Positions 14,063 through 27,371 of a stretch of DNA of 64,000 bases are shown here, piece after piece (position 1 is the first letter of the stretch; each line of letters begins with the position of its first letter). Where the stretch lies: positions 25,296,001 to 25,360,000 of the forward strand of contig OX597839.1 of the NCBI GenBank assembly GCA_951406725.2, written 5' to 3'. The stretch comes from Octopus vulgaris (lineage: Eukaryota). The position numbers and the translations under genes were made by a program. The notes beneath the pieces were generated by a model. It was not told the origin of the DNA, did no database searches, and saw only the letters and a list, made by a program, of their open reading frames with translations.

Positions 14063-14504
14063 AATCGTTGGCATTCTGGACAAAGTGTTCAGTGGCATCT
14101 GAGTTCAAATTCCACCAGGGTTAATGTAATCAACGTAACCCTCCCTCAAAATTGCTGGCCTGGTGCCAAAATTGGAAACATCTTCCCCTCTTTTTTTTAT
14201 ATAGTGGTGAACTGGCAGAACTGTTGGCATTCTGGGCAAAATATTTTGTGGCATCTTGCCTGTGTTTTATGTTATATTCTTGTCATTCTTTTGGGCTTGA
14301 TAAAAGAGTACCAGTCAAGTACCATGGTCAAATCTTAATGGCTTCCCCTCCCCTCAAAAAGAGAAAAAGGCTGCTTGCCCTCTGCCAAAATTTAAAGCCA
14401 TCATGATTAATGGTAGTTAAATGGTTCTTCTTTTTTTTTTTTTTCTGAGATAAACATATTTAGCTTTTTATTTTTAAATTAGAATTTCATGCATTGTACG
14501 CATG

Positions 14505-14551
14505 TGTATGTGTGTGTATATATATATATATACATACATATATATAGATAT

Positions 14552-14604
<53 letters not shown>

Positions 14605-15823
14605 CATACATATATATATATATAATACATATATATATATATATATATATAAATATATATATACATACATATATATATATATATATGTGTATATATATAT
14701 ATAAATATATATATTCATACATATACATATATATATATATGTGTGTATGTATACGTACATATACATATATAGGTATGTGTGTATGTATACGTACATATAC
14801 ATATATAGGTATGTGTGTATGTATACATACATATACATATATAGGTATGTGTGTATGTATACGTACATATACATATATAAGTATGTGTGTATGTATACGT
14901 ACATATACATATATAGGTATGTGTGTGTGTATACGTACATATACATATATAGGTATGTGTGTGTGTATACGTACATATACATATATAGGTATGTGTGTGT
15001 ATACGTACATATACATATATAGGTATGTGTGTATGTATACGTACATATACATATATAGGTATGTGTGTGTGTATACGTACATATACATATATAGGTATGT
15101 GTGTGTGTATACGTACATATACATATATAGGTATGTGTGTGTGTATACGTACATATACATATATAGGTATGTGTGTGTGTATACGTACATATACATATAT
15201 AGGTATGTGTGTGTGTGTATACGTACATATACATATATAGGTATGTGTGTGTGTATACATACATATATAGGTATGTGTGTATGTATACATATATAGGTAT
15301 GTGTGTATGTATACATACATATATAGGTATGTGTGTATGTATACATATATAGGTATGTGTGCATGTATACGTACATATACATATATAGGTATGTGTGTAT
15401 GTATACATACATATACATATATAGGTATATGTGTGTGTATACATACATATACATATATAGGTATGTGTGTATACATACATATACATATATAGGTATGCGT
15501 ATGTATATACATACATATACATATATAGGTGTGTGTGTATGTATACGTACATATACATTTATAGGTATGTGTGTGTGTGTGTATACATACATATACATAT
15601 ATAGGTATGTGTGTGTGTATATATACATATATAGGTATGTGTGTGTATACATACATATACATATATAGGTATGCGTGTATGTGTACGTACATATACATAT
15701 ATAGGTATGTGTGTATGTGTACGTACATATACATATATAGGTATGTGTGTATGTATACATATATATACATATATAGGTATGCGTGTATGTATACATATAC
15801 ATATTTACATATATAGGTGCGTG

Positions 15824-15902
<79 letters not shown>
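14505..15902. repeat. (TA/TG)n compound minisatellite (GTATACGTACATATACATATATAGGTATGTGT units)
   Basis: Direct reading. Confidence 0.95.
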
Positions 15903-15905
<3 letters not shown>

Positions 15906-16475
15906 TATATGTTTTATTTCCTTATCTATTGTGAAAGTTGTCATTGCTTTGGTGTTCGCCTGTTCTATTATTAGGTTTGTACAGTCATTGCATACGACTT
16001 ACATTGTAGACACTCTACGGAATATTTGGAAAGCAGATAAATTTATTTAAGACAATTATTTTGATGTATTGTGTGTGTGAGTTGTTTTGAAATATCTCAT
16101 AATTAAGGCACCGTAAACATTACAAACATCATACCATTTCGTACATCAGCTATTGTGGCCGAACGGTATCCTAAGTCTTGCGTGACTCCTGTATTGTATG
16201 TGTTGACATCTTTGCTGATATCAAATTGAAAATAATAATAATAATAGTAATAATAATAGTAATAATTTTGAGATTGGTTCATGGATGTTGGATGTCTCCC
16301 GTAGTAATTAACAACCAAGTACTAAAGCTTATAATGTGCGGAAAGAGACCCTGTGAGATCTTTGGCAGCAGGCTCTGCTGTCTGCTCTCAGAGAATCTAC
16401 CGGAGCAAACAAGATTGAGGGCTCTGAGAAGTAAAACAACAACAACAATAATAATAATGATAATAATAATAATAT

Positions 16476-16697
16476 TCTCTTTTACTCTTTACTCTTTTAC
16501 TTGTTTCAGCCATGTGACTGTGGCCATGTTGGAGCACCGCATTTAGTCGATCAAATCAACCCCAAGACTTATTTTAGTACTTATTTTATCGGTCTCTTTT
16601 TTTGCCGAACCACTAAGTTACGGGGACGTAAGCACACCAGCATCGGTTGTCAAGCGATGTTGGGGAGACAACCACAGACATGCAAACACGTACATAC

Positions 16698-16728
<31 letters not shown>

Positions 16729-16894
16729 TACGACAGGCTTCTTTCAGTTTCCGTCTCTTAAATCCACTCACAAGGCTTTGGTCGGCCCGAGGCTATAGTA
16801 GAAAACACTTACCCAAGGTGCCACGCAGTGGGACTGAACCCGGAACCATGTGGTTCGTAAGCAAGCTACTTACCACACAGCCACTCCTACGCCT
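16476..16894 (-). mobile_element. SINE family A in an (AAT)n tract
   Basis: Consensus match. Confidence 0.88.
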
Positions 16895-16939
<45 letters not shown>

Positions 16940-17679
16940 CCTTTCTACTAAAGGCACAAGGCCTGAAATTTGGGGGAGATGAATAGTCGATTACATTGAC
17001 CCCAGTGTGTAACTGGTACTTATTTCAACAATGTAATGATGGACAAAATACTGCTAATGATTCTGCCAGCTCACCACATCTAATATTATAATAATAATGA
17101 TGGTTTCAGATTTCGGTACAAGGCTAGCAATTTTCGTGAGGAAGTAAGTTGATTACATAAACCCCACTGCTCAGCTGACCCTGAAAGGATGAAAGGCAGA
17201 GTTGATCTCGGCGGATAATAATGATGATTTCAAATTTTTACCACAGGGGCAACTCGGGGGAGGGGATTAAGTTGATTACATCAACCCCAGTGTTTCACTG
17301 GTACTTAATTTATCAACCCCGAATGGATGAAAAGCAAAGTCAACCTTGGCTGAGTTTTTACTCTAAGCATTTCGTCCATCGTGCTAATGATCCTTGCCAG
17401 TTCACCCCACCTTAGTTACCCTTGATAAAAATGATAATCCTTTCTACTAAAGGCTCAAGGGAAATTTGGGGGCAAGGAATAGTCGATTACATTGACCCTC
17501 AGTATTCAACTGGTACTTAATTTATTGACCCTGAAGGGATGAAAGGTAAAGTCAACCTTGGCGAAATACTGCTCAGCATTTTGTCCCACATGCTAACAAT
17601 TCTGCCAGCTCACCGCCTCATTTATCCTCAATAATAATAATAATAATATCGGTTCTGTCAGCTGGCTGCCTTAATAATG

Positions 17680-18265
17680 ATGATCATCATCATTCATCAT
17701 TGTTCGACCGTGGTTGAGACAATGGAATTTACCATGCTACGCCAGACATCACGGTCCATCATGGCATTATGGAGGTCCTGTTGCTGGATGCCTGTATCCC
17801 TGGAGATTACATCAGGGTAGGAGAGTGTGCGCCCTCTGGTATTGCGAGTAGATGGCTTCCAGAGGAGAAGAGCAGAAATTGCCTCGTTTTCAGCTCTACA
17901 ACAATGTCCAGCAAACTGGACTCTCCTACCTTTCACAAGAGATGACACAGGTGGTAGTTTCCCATATATTTGCATTTTGGTTGGATGGCGCTTCCACGAG
18001 AGATTTTGAGCTCTCGTAAGGAGGCGAGTGTAGGTTCCATCCAACCGCCTCTCAAGCTTCTTTGATAACGTCCAGGTTTCTGAGCCATATAGTAGAATTG
18101 GTTCGACTGTGACTTTGAAGATTTCAAGTTTGAAGTCTCTACTTAGATTTGATGACCAGATCTTATGCATGTCATTACAGGCTGACCAGGCCATACCCTT
18201 TCTAGTTAGAAAATCTTTTCCAGATGATGATATGTATGACCCAAGATATTTGTAATCAGAAACCA
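17680..18265 (-). mobile_element. RTE-clade LINE, 5'-truncated (RT C-terminus, YKYLGS...LLYGSETW...DRDVWR) with (ATG)n tail
   Basis: ORF 17697-18266; typical non-LTR post-RT motifs. Confidence 0.88.
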
Positions 18266-18359
18266 TAATAATAGGAATAATATTCCTTTAACAATTAATT
18301 CTACACCAAACTGTTTTGTGATGCTTATTTTATTCCTGTTTGTCCTCTTCTAATTTCAG

Positions 18360-18491
18360 AGCAAGTTAATCAAGCTGTTTAGTCAGCAGTTAGTCATTAA
18401 GGCCAAACTGGCTAACGATCAGCGTCTTGCTGAGTTTCCCAAGATTGAGAAATGGCTCAACATTTTTGGTATCAATGAACAAGCAATCTCT
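18360..18491 (+). CDS. ksr: KSR exon A, CC-SAM region: SKLIKLFSQQLVIKAKLANDQRLAEFPKIEKWLNIFGINEQAIS
   Basis: Polypyrimidine tract plus tttcag acceptor, gtaagt donor, phase 0-0, 132 nt. Peptide resembles KSR2 SKLVKYFSRQL...FPQLRHWF as I recall it. Confidence 0.9.
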
Positions 18492-18598
18492 GTAAGTTAG
18501 CCTCTTTATTTTATGTTCTTGTTGTTTGTATGAAAGAAATACACGCAAAAAAAGAAAGAAAAAGAAACAGCTAAAACTACTTGTATTGAAGTGATTAA

Positions 18599-18819
18599 CC
18601 CTTTCGTTACCGTATTTATTTTGAGATGGTCTGTGTTTCTTTCAATTATTTTAGATGTAACAAAGAATTTCGTAAAATAACTTCGTTATCATTAAGCTAG
18701 TGTTAGGAGCATAAATTGTGACTAAGGTTTGCTGGAAGATTTTAATTCAAAATTTATGAAAACAAGACATTTGTACTACAGAACCAGAGCCGGTTTTAGC
18801 CGGGTTGGTAACGAAAGGG
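18599..18819. mobile_element. piggyBac-type MITE, family P1
   Basis: TTAA flanks; TIR CCCTTTCGTTACC/GGTAACGAAAGGG. Other copies at about 6648-6865, 6990-7170, 25832-26058, 26149-26372, 26436-26654, 57765-57985. Confidence 0.88.
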
Positions 18820-18873
18820 TTAAAATCTTGATCAGGATTTCCTAATTTCCTAACACAAATATCTCAGGCTTAA

Positions 18874-19093
18874 CCCTTTAGTATTTAAACCGGCCATATC
18901 CAGCCAAAATATTTAATCTGTTTTATGTTCAAACTGACCAGATCCAGGCCCTCACACCTACCCTACAATGTTATTCTACCTTAAGTAATTACACCATCAA
19001 GATCTTGAAGATATGAGATAATGCATGGATTAATTCAAATCAATGGGAATCAATAAGCATTATGTTTGATAGAATAATCAGAACTCTAAAGGG
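18874..19093. mobile_element. piggyBac-type MITE, family P2
   Basis: TTAA flanks; TIR CCCTTTAG/CTAAAGGG. Other copies at about 20204-20423, 21870-22440 (interrupted), 25000-25170, 30955-31576, 35330-36100, 55945-56342. Confidence 0.85.
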
Positions 19094-20737
19094 TTAACAA
19101 CAGTCAACATCAGGCATTTTACAAAACTCCTGAAATCCCGATATCATCTCATCTTCTTTCTTCTATGTGTTTCAGTCATTAGACTGTGGCCATGCTGGGG
19201 TACTGCCTTGAAGAAATTTCAGTCGAATGAATTGACCCCATCAGTACCTTTTTTTTTTCTCTTTTTCTTCCTAAGTCCTGGCACTTATTTTGTCGGTTGC
19301 TTCTGGTGAACCGCTAGGTTATGGGGATGTAAACACACCAGCACCAGTTCAGTGGTTGGCAAGCAGCAGTTGGACAGATACACACACGTGGTTATACCTG
19401 ATAAGGCTTCTTTCAGTTTCCGTCTACCAAAGCCTTGTAAGTGGATTTGGCAGACAGAAACTGAAAAAAGCCAATTTTGTGTGTGTGTGTGTGTCACCAC
19501 CACTTGACAACCGGTGTTGGTTTGTTTATGTCCCCATAACTTAGCAGTTCAGCAAAAAGAGATCAATAGAATGAGTACTGGGCTTTAGAAAGCACTGGGT
19601 GGTGGGGTGCAATTCATTCGACTAAAAAAAGGTGGTGGCCCGAACATGGCCACAGCTTAGTGACTGAAACAAATTAAATGTTAAAGCTAAAAAGATGGAT
19701 GACCTGGCTTTAGTGAGAAAGTTTCGTGTGCTCATTATTCTAGATAGGGTGGTGTTAGACTAATTATTGAATGTCTTATTAATTAACCCATTTTTTTATT
19801 CATATTTTTTGGCTTTGCGAGGTTTCTTAGAAGTTGAAATAATATTTCATATGTGAATTATTTTGGAAAATATAAATTTTTCGAAAAGTCCCAAATGGGG
19901 ATTGCTGAAAATAAAAACATATTTATCCTTTTCTGTATTCAATTGCGATAATAAACATTTTAGTTTTTTTTTAAACTATAGACTCAAATGCGAATGTGTA
20001 TGAAATATCAATGAATGATATAGAAATGCAAAAAAAAAAAAAGAAGTTTTCCAAACAGTCAATATTTTTGTAGTTCAAAAATTGCGATTTATGACATAAA
20101 ATGTCCTCTAGAATTAGCCAGAGCTAATAACGACAACCTTTAATTAGTAACTATTGTTAAACACACCTCTGCAAATGCAATGTGCATAAGCAATCCACTT
20201 TAACCCTTTAGCATTCAGATTACTCTGTCAAATGTAAAGCCTGTTTAATTACACTATTTTAAATTAATTGTACGGCATCTTGTAACTCTGAGATTTTGAT
20301 GATGCCCCTGTTTATTTTTAGAATGACTTTGTAGGGTAGGTGTGAGAGGTCAGAGCTGGCTGGTTTGAGCATATAACAAGAAGACAATTTTGGCCTGATA
20401 TGGCCGGTTTAAACACTAAAGAGTTAAATACAACAAACAACCAGCAGTGAGACTGTTTTTAGCAGATCCCCAAATGGGGCTCATGGCAGGCAATGCGTTA
20501 ATATTCAGTGGGAGTGACAAAGGACATTGCTGAGCCACCCAGCATTCAGTCCTTGTCGAATCCGTTTCCCTGCTACACATCCACCTAATACCCCCCACCT
20601 ACCTGTGCCCACTCACATTCTCCGATCTTCAATTCACTTCACTAGGTATTCCTCTTTGGAACTTGGGCGTATGCTCTCCCCCTCATCACATCTCCACCTC
20701 CCTCACTGCAAGGCACATTTTCCTGTCCCTCAATACC

Positions 20738-20967
20738 TATTTCTTTATTACCCACAAGGGGCTAAACATAGAGGGGACAAACAAGGACAGACATAGGTAT
20801 TAAGTCGATTACATCGACCCCCAGTGCGTAACTGGTACTTAATTTATCGCCCCCGAAAGGATGAAAGGCAAAGTCGACCTCGGCAGAATTTGAACTCACA
20901 ACGTAACGGCAGATGAAATACCGGTAAGCATTTCGCCCGGCGTGTTAACGTTTCAGCCAGCTCGCCA
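20738..20967 (-). mobile_element. SINE family B, full copy with TSD
   Basis: 16-bp TSD CCTGTCCCTCAATACC at 20722-20737 and 20968-20983. Confidence 0.9.
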
Positions 20968-22560
20968 CCTGTCCCTCAATACCGTCCCCCCTCCCCTCAG
21001 CGAAGGGAGCTTTGTCTTGCAAGTTACTTGGTGACCTCACTCATGCTGGTTCCACCTAAAAAGCACCCAGTACACTTTGTAGGGGTGGCTGGCATTAGGA
21101 AGGGCATCCAACTGTAGAAACCATGCCAAGGCAGGCAGCAAAACTTGCTGCACTCATATTACTTGCCAGCCCCGTGGAAAATGTAAAACAAACTTTGCAT
21201 TGTTTTAGTCTTTTACATGTTTCAGCCCTAAGGCTGTGGCCATGCTGGAGCACTGCCAGTTATAATTATGATGATTTTTTGTGTGTGTGTGCATAGTGTC
21301 ATGGCTCTCAGCATCTTGTCATTTACCGTGGTCCTTCATCATTCAGCTCTCATATAGCCACAGGGAAAACCCAATCAACCTTGTTGCCGTTATTTAGGCA
21401 TGGTTGCCATGGCTGGATGCTCCTCCTATCAGCATGTACTGGGTGTATTTACTAGCATAAGTACTAGAGGTTGTCTCCAACAAAACTAAGTAACCCCGAC
21501 TTCCCTTTTTTGGTACAGGTTTTACAGCGTGTGGCTTAGTGGTTAGGGTGTTGGACTCATGATCATAAGATTGTGGTTTCAATTCCTGGACCGGGCGACA
21601 CATTGTGTTCTTGAGCAAAACACTTCATTTCACATTGCCCCAGTCTACTCAGCTGGTAAAAATTAGTAATCCTGTAACAGACCGGGAAACCGGCCCTCAT
21701 GAGCCTGCCATGGCTCGAGAAGGAAACTTCTTTTGCTTTTTGTTTTACAACACTGTGTAGGGCCCTACATAAACCACATTATAACATGGCTTGGCTGCAT
21801 TTTATCCTGTGTGTCCCCATTCTCAGAGAGTTGTCTTCAGCCACACTAAACGATCCACTTAGACATACATTGTTTCCATTCCAATTATTTTATGTTCATA
21901 CCAGCCAGCTCTGGCATCTCACACCTATCCTTCAATGTCATTCTAAAAATAAACACATCATCAAAATCTCAAAGCTACAAGATAATGCAGGATTAACTGA
22001 AAACTATGTGGATAAATAAGCATTAAATTAGACAGAGTAATCATCATCATCATTTAATGCCTGTTGTCCATGCTGGCATGGATTGGACATTTTGACCAGA
22101 GCTGGCAAGCTGGTAGGCTGCACCAGACTCCAGTCTATTTTGGCATGGTTTCCTACAGCTGGATGCCCTTCCTAACACCATGGGTGCTTTTATGTACCGC
22201 CTGCACAGGTGCCATTTGCGTGACACCAATATCTGCCATGACTGCAGTTCTACTTGGCTTGATGGTTCTTCTTCTCCAACACGACATCATGCCAAATGGA
22301 CTTGGTCATTGCCTCTGTTGGGCCCAATGTTCAAAAGCTGCTTTTACATGCCGCTGGCACGGGTGCCATTTGCGTGGCACTGGTATCTGCCATGACTGCG
22401 ACTTTACTTGACTTGAAGGATCTGAATGCTAAAGAGTTAAACGGTGCCTGTTTACAGCTTTGTATGGTACATTGCATATTCAGTTACCATCTTTTACATT
22501 CGTCATCATCCTCTTTTAACGTCCATTCTTCATGCTGGCATGGGTTAGATGGTTTGACCA

Positions 22561-22797
22561 AAGGCGGTGAGCTGGCAGAAACGTTAGCGCGCCGGGCGAA
22601 ATGCTTCACGGCATTTCATCAGCCGTTACACTTTCTGAGTTCAAATTCCCTCGAGGTCGACTTTGCCTTTCATCCTTTCGGGGTCGATTAAATAAGTACC
22701 AGTTACGCACTGGGGTCGATATAATCGACTTAATCCGTTTGTCTTTCCTTGTTTGTCCTCTCTGTATTTAGCCACTTGTGGGTAGTAAAGGAATAGG
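22561..22797 (+). mobile_element. SINE family B inserted into an RTE 3'UTR-type repeat
   Basis: 10-bp TSD GGTTTGACCA at 22551-22560 and 22796-22805; host repeat continues on both sides. Confidence 0.88.
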
Positions 22798-23258
22798 TTT
22801 GACCAGGGCTGGTAAGCTGAAGGGCTGCACCAGATTCCAGTCTGATTTGGCATGGTTTTCTATGGCTGGATGTCCTTCCTAACGCCAACCACTACAAGAG
22901 TGTAGTGGGGTGCTTTTACGTGCCACAGGCACAGGTGCCAGTTGTGTGACACCAGTATCTGCCACAACTATAATTTCCCTTGGCTTGATGGGTCTTCTTC
23001 TCAAGCATCACCTATTGCCAAAAATTTCAGTCATTTGTCATTACCTTCATGATGAGGCCCAACATTCGAAAGGTACCTCTTATGTGCCACCGCCGGCACA
23101 GGTGCCAGTTACGCGACACTGGCATCAGCCACTGTGCCTGTGAGGCCCAATACTTGAAAGGTGCATTCTGAATTCAAATGCCCATCTGAGGCTGATTGTC
23201 TTTCATCCTGGGGCAGAGGGTGGGGGGGCTGTAATAAAACGGATACAAGTGTGGAATT

Positions 23259-23674
23259 TACTCTTTACTCTTTTACTTGTTTCAGTCATTTGACTGCGGC
23301 CATGCTGGAGCACCGCCTTTTGTCGAGCAAATCGACCCTGGGACTTATTCTTTGTAAGCCCAGTATTTATTCTATCGGTCGCTTTTGCTGAACCGCTAAG
23401 TGATGGGGACGTAAACACACCAGCATCGGTTATCAAGCAATGCTAGGGGGACAAACACAGACACACAAACATACACACACACACACGCATATATATATAT
23501 ATACATATATACGACGGGCTTCTTTCAGTTTCCGTCTACCAAATCCACTCACAAGGCATTGGTCGGCCCGGGGCTATAGCAGAAGACACTTGCCCAAGAT
23601 GCCATGCAGTGGGACTGAACCCGGAACCATGTGGTTGGTAAACAAGCTACTTACCACACAGCCACCCCTGCGCC
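23259..23674 (-). mobile_element. SINE family A, about 95 bp upstream of exon B
   Basis: Consensus match. Confidence 0.9.
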
Positions 23675-23767
23675 TATTGTATATCGTTATTGTGTGGCTT
23701 ATGTAATGAATTGTTATTAATTATATTGACTGTTGTTATTGTTGTTGTTGTCTCTGCCCTATTTCAG

Positions 23768-23912
23768 GTGATTGTAAACAAGGGAATCCTACTAACGTCT
23801 CTCTTGAAGATGAATGAAGAGCAAGTCCGGTCTCTCTTTCGTGATAATAATGCTGAAAAGGAAGCGATTCAGGAACTTACGACGGCCTTAAAACATTTAA
23901 ATGCTTGGACAG
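23768..23912 (+). CDS. ksr: KSR exon B, SAM part: VIVNKGILLTSLLKMNEEQVRSLFRDNNAEKEAIQELTTALKHLNAWT
   Basis: tttcag acceptor, gtaagg donor, phase 0-1, in frame with exon A. LLxM.EE.V...L...L..AL..L pattern of the KSR SAM domain. Confidence 0.9.
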
Positions 23913-24006
23913 GTAAGGATTTCTCCATTCACAAAAAACTGTCTTTCATTAACTTTTTTTTTTTTTTCTTTTTTTTTAGCTCAACTTAATTGAACTCTCT
24001 CTCTCT

Positions 24007-24410
24007 CTCTTTTACTCTTTTACTTGTTTCAGTCATTTGATTGCGGCCATGCTGGAGCACCGCCTTTGGTCGAGCAAATCGACCACAAGACTTATTCTTC
24101 GTAAGCCCAGTACTTATTCTATCGGTTCTCTTTTGCCGAACCGCTAAGTTACGGGGACGTAAACACACCAACATCGGTTGTCAAGCGATGTTGGGGAGGA
24201 CAAGCACAGACACACAAATACACACATATATATATATACATATATACGACGGGCTTCTTTCAGTTTCCGTCTACCAAATCCACCCACAAGGCATTGGTCA
24301 GCCTGAGGCTATAGCAGAAGACACTTGCCGAAGGTGCCACGCAGTGGGACTGAACCCGAAACCATGTGGTTGGTTAGCAAGCTACTTACCACACAGCCAC
24401 TCCTGCGCCT
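24007..24410 (-). mobile_element. SINE family A, about 95 bp downstream of exon B
   Basis: Consensus match. Confidence 0.9.
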
Positions 24411-25268
24411 ATGGATAAATAAGCATTACTTTTGACAGAGTAATCTGAATGTTAATGGGTTAATGTTAATTATATGTATATATTGGTAATCATCACCATC
24501 ATCATCATTGTTTAATGTCCACTTTCCATGCTGGCATGGGTTGGATGGTTTGACTGAGAACTGGCAAGCCAAGACGCTGCACCTTATCTTTCACTCAGAC
24601 ATTATCAGTGAGGTGGAAAAGGGCAGAAGACCTCCATGTATGGACCACTTACCTAAACCTAACCACTCTGAGCATGGCATCAACCACACTCGAATGGCTG
24701 CTTTTTACATGCCACTGGCACAAGAGCCAGTCAGGTGGCACTGGCATCAACCACACTCGAATGGTGCTTTTTACATGCCACTGGCACGAGAGCCAGTCAT
24801 GCAGCACTGACATCAACCACACTCAAATAGTGCTTTTTACATGCCACCGGTAACGCCAATGCCCTTCCTAATGCCAATGCCCTTCCCTAATGCCAATGCC
24901 CTTCCTAATGCCAATGCCCTTCCTAACGCCAATGCCCTTCCTAACGCCAAGAGCCAGTCAGGTGGCACTGGCATTGGGCATTATATACATATATAAAATA
25001 TTCTACCTGTTTTTGTTCAAACTGATCGGATCTGGCCTCTCACAGCTACCCTATAATGCCATTCTAAAAATAAATAATCACATTATTGAAACCTCGAAGC
25101 ATAATGCAAAATTTATTCAAAGCAAAGTGAATAGATAATACGTTTGGCAGTAATCTGAATGCTAAAGGCTTAAGGCAACCTTGGAACTGAATTTAAGATA
25201 TTTAAAACTGAATGAAATGAGAAATAAGAACTTTCTAACAATGCAGAAAGTTTTAAAAACTTGCATAT

Positions 25269-25668
25269 AGGCGCAGGAGTGGCTGTGTGGTAAGTAGCTT
25301 GCTAACCAACCACATGGTTCCGGGTTCAGTCCCACTGCGTGGCATCTTGGGCAAGTGTCTTCTGCTATAGCCCCGGGCCGACCAATGCCTTGTGAGTGGA
25401 TTTGGTAGACGGAAACTGAAAGAAGCCTGTCGTATATATGTATACATATATATATGTATGTGTGTCTGTGTTTGTCCCCCCTCCCCCAACATTGCTTGAC
25501 AACCGATGCTGGTGTTTTTACGTCCCCGTCACTTAGCAGTTCAGCAAAAAGAGACCGATAGAATAAGTACTGGGCTTACAAAGAATAAGTCCCGGGGTCG
25601 ATTTGCTCGACTAAAGGCGGTGCTCCAGCATGGCCGCAGTCAAATGACTGAAACAAGTAAAAGAGAGT
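25269..25668 (+). mobile_element. SINE family A
   Basis: Full head-to-tail copy. Confidence 0.9.
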
Positions 25669-25831
25669 ATATCAAGTGTTATGGCCCTTCTTCTGGCGCA
25701 CAATATATAAAGGCTTTTTTTTAGCTTTGCTAAAAGCTTTCTTTGTTCTTAATTTCGTTCATTATTCTGTTTTACACTACAATGCTTCAAACAAACTACA
25801 ATGCTCTTTTTTCATATTTAGAAATGCTTTA

Positions 25832-26654
25832 ACCCCCTTCGTTACCATATTTCTGTTGAGATGCTCTGTGTTTCTTTCAATTCATTTTAAATATAAAAAA
25901 GAATTTAGTAAAAGAACTTAGTTATCATTAAGCTAGTTTTAGGAACATAAATTGTGACTAAGGTTTTGTGGAAGATTTTAATTCAGAACTTTTGAAAACC
26001 AGACATTTGTACTACAGAACCAGAAGCGGTTTCAGCCCAGTTGGTATCAAAATGGTTTATTTGCAGATTTTGTTTCACATAGTTGTTTGACTTGTTAGAA
26101 ATAGCAGCCAAATCTTGTGCAAACTGAAGACACATTTGACTGTCTTTAACCCTTTTGTTACCATATTTCTGTTGAGATTATCTGTGTTTCTTTCAATTCA
26201 TTTTAAATATAACAAAGAATTTAGTAAAATAACTTAGTTATCATTAAGCTAGTGCTAGGAACATAAATTGTGACTAAGGTTTGGTGGAAGATTATAATTC
26301 AAAACTTATGAAAACAAGACATCTGTACTACAGAGCCAGAAGTGGTTTTAGGCGGGTTGGTATCAAAAGGGGTTAATGACAGAAGTCCAAATACTACAGA
26401 GCCAGAGGCAGTTTCCAAAGGGTTAATGCCTTAAACCTTTTCTTACCATATTCCTGTTGAGATACTGTGTTTCTTTCAATTAATTTTAAATTTGACAAAG
26501 AATTTAGTAAAAGAACTTAGTTATCATTAAGCTAGTGTTAGGAAGATAAATTGTGACTAAGGTTTGGTGGAAGATTTTAAATGAGAACTTTTGAAAGCAA
26601 GATATTTGTACTACAGAGCCAGAGGTGGTTTCAGCCAGGTTGGTAACAAAAGGG
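25832..26654. mobile_element. Three stacked P1 MITE copies directly upstream of exon C
   Basis: Three ~220-bp direct copies, each starting TTAA(C/A)CC. Confidence 0.85.
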
Positions 26655-26734
26655 TTAATGGTGCCACAGGAGTTAATTACTCCTGTTTCAATTCTAATTT
26701 AATGACATTTACCTGTTTTTGTTTTCACTTTCAG

Positions 26735-27371
26735 ACAAGCAGATTAAAGGAGATTCTTGTGATGAAAACGATGTTGAGCTTCATTGGACTCGATACACAC
26801 CGTCTCAGTCCTCCAGTGTTGCTAACAGCAGCAGCGTCATCAGCAGCAGCAACACTGAAGCTGCTGACGGTGAAGGAAATAGTAATGGGGGTGAGGGTAC
26901 TGCGGGAAGTGGTGCCAATGAGGGGGGCAGTGGTAATAGTCGCGGCATCAGCAGCACCAGTACCACTGGAGGAGGAGGAGGAGGCGGCGGGGGGAGTAGT
27001 GGTGGTGGTGGTGGTGGTGGTGGAGGCAGTGGTAGCGGCGGCGGTGGCGGGGTTGATACCGGATCCCCGAAATATATCTCTTGCCCTTCCACGTCGTCTC
27101 TTCCCTCGGAAAGCTTTCAACCGGTCCACATCCCCACGTCCCCGCAGAGCACCCCATCGTCGCCCGTGCCGCGCAACCCAAAAGAAAGACACAGAGGCAC
27201 CCCTCCTCCGACCCCAACATTAGTCAGGGCAAAACCCATGGGCAGCAAATACCCAAGTACACCTCCCCCCAAGAAAAAGATCCAACTATTTCCAGATGCC
27301 TCATCGCTAAAGAAAAGCCGATCCTGTGAATCTCAGCTGGCGAGTCGAGTTACAAACATCGACCCTGTGAG
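26735..27371 (+). CDS. ksr: KSR exon C: Ser/Gly-rich linker, CA2 (GTPPPTP, KYPSTPPPKKK) and KSRSCESQL
   Basis: tttcag acceptor, gtgagt donor, phase 1-2; matches ORF 26719-27375. TPPPTP and SxSxESQL are KSR hallmarks (KSR1 RSKSHESQL 14-3-3 site). Confidence 0.93.

Noticed and set aside
8719-15974. Long HT/CV/YI-rich ORFs (up to 474 aa); also 39086-39964 and 52548-53370
   Set aside because: Translations of dinucleotide-based satellites that lack stop codons.
16290-16431. Possible upstream KSR exon (…ENLPEQTRLRALR, loosely like TQQEIRTLE)
   Set aside because: The only nearby GT (A|GTAAAA) is phase 1, while exon A needs phase 0; similarity is weak. A non-coding first exon cannot be excluded.
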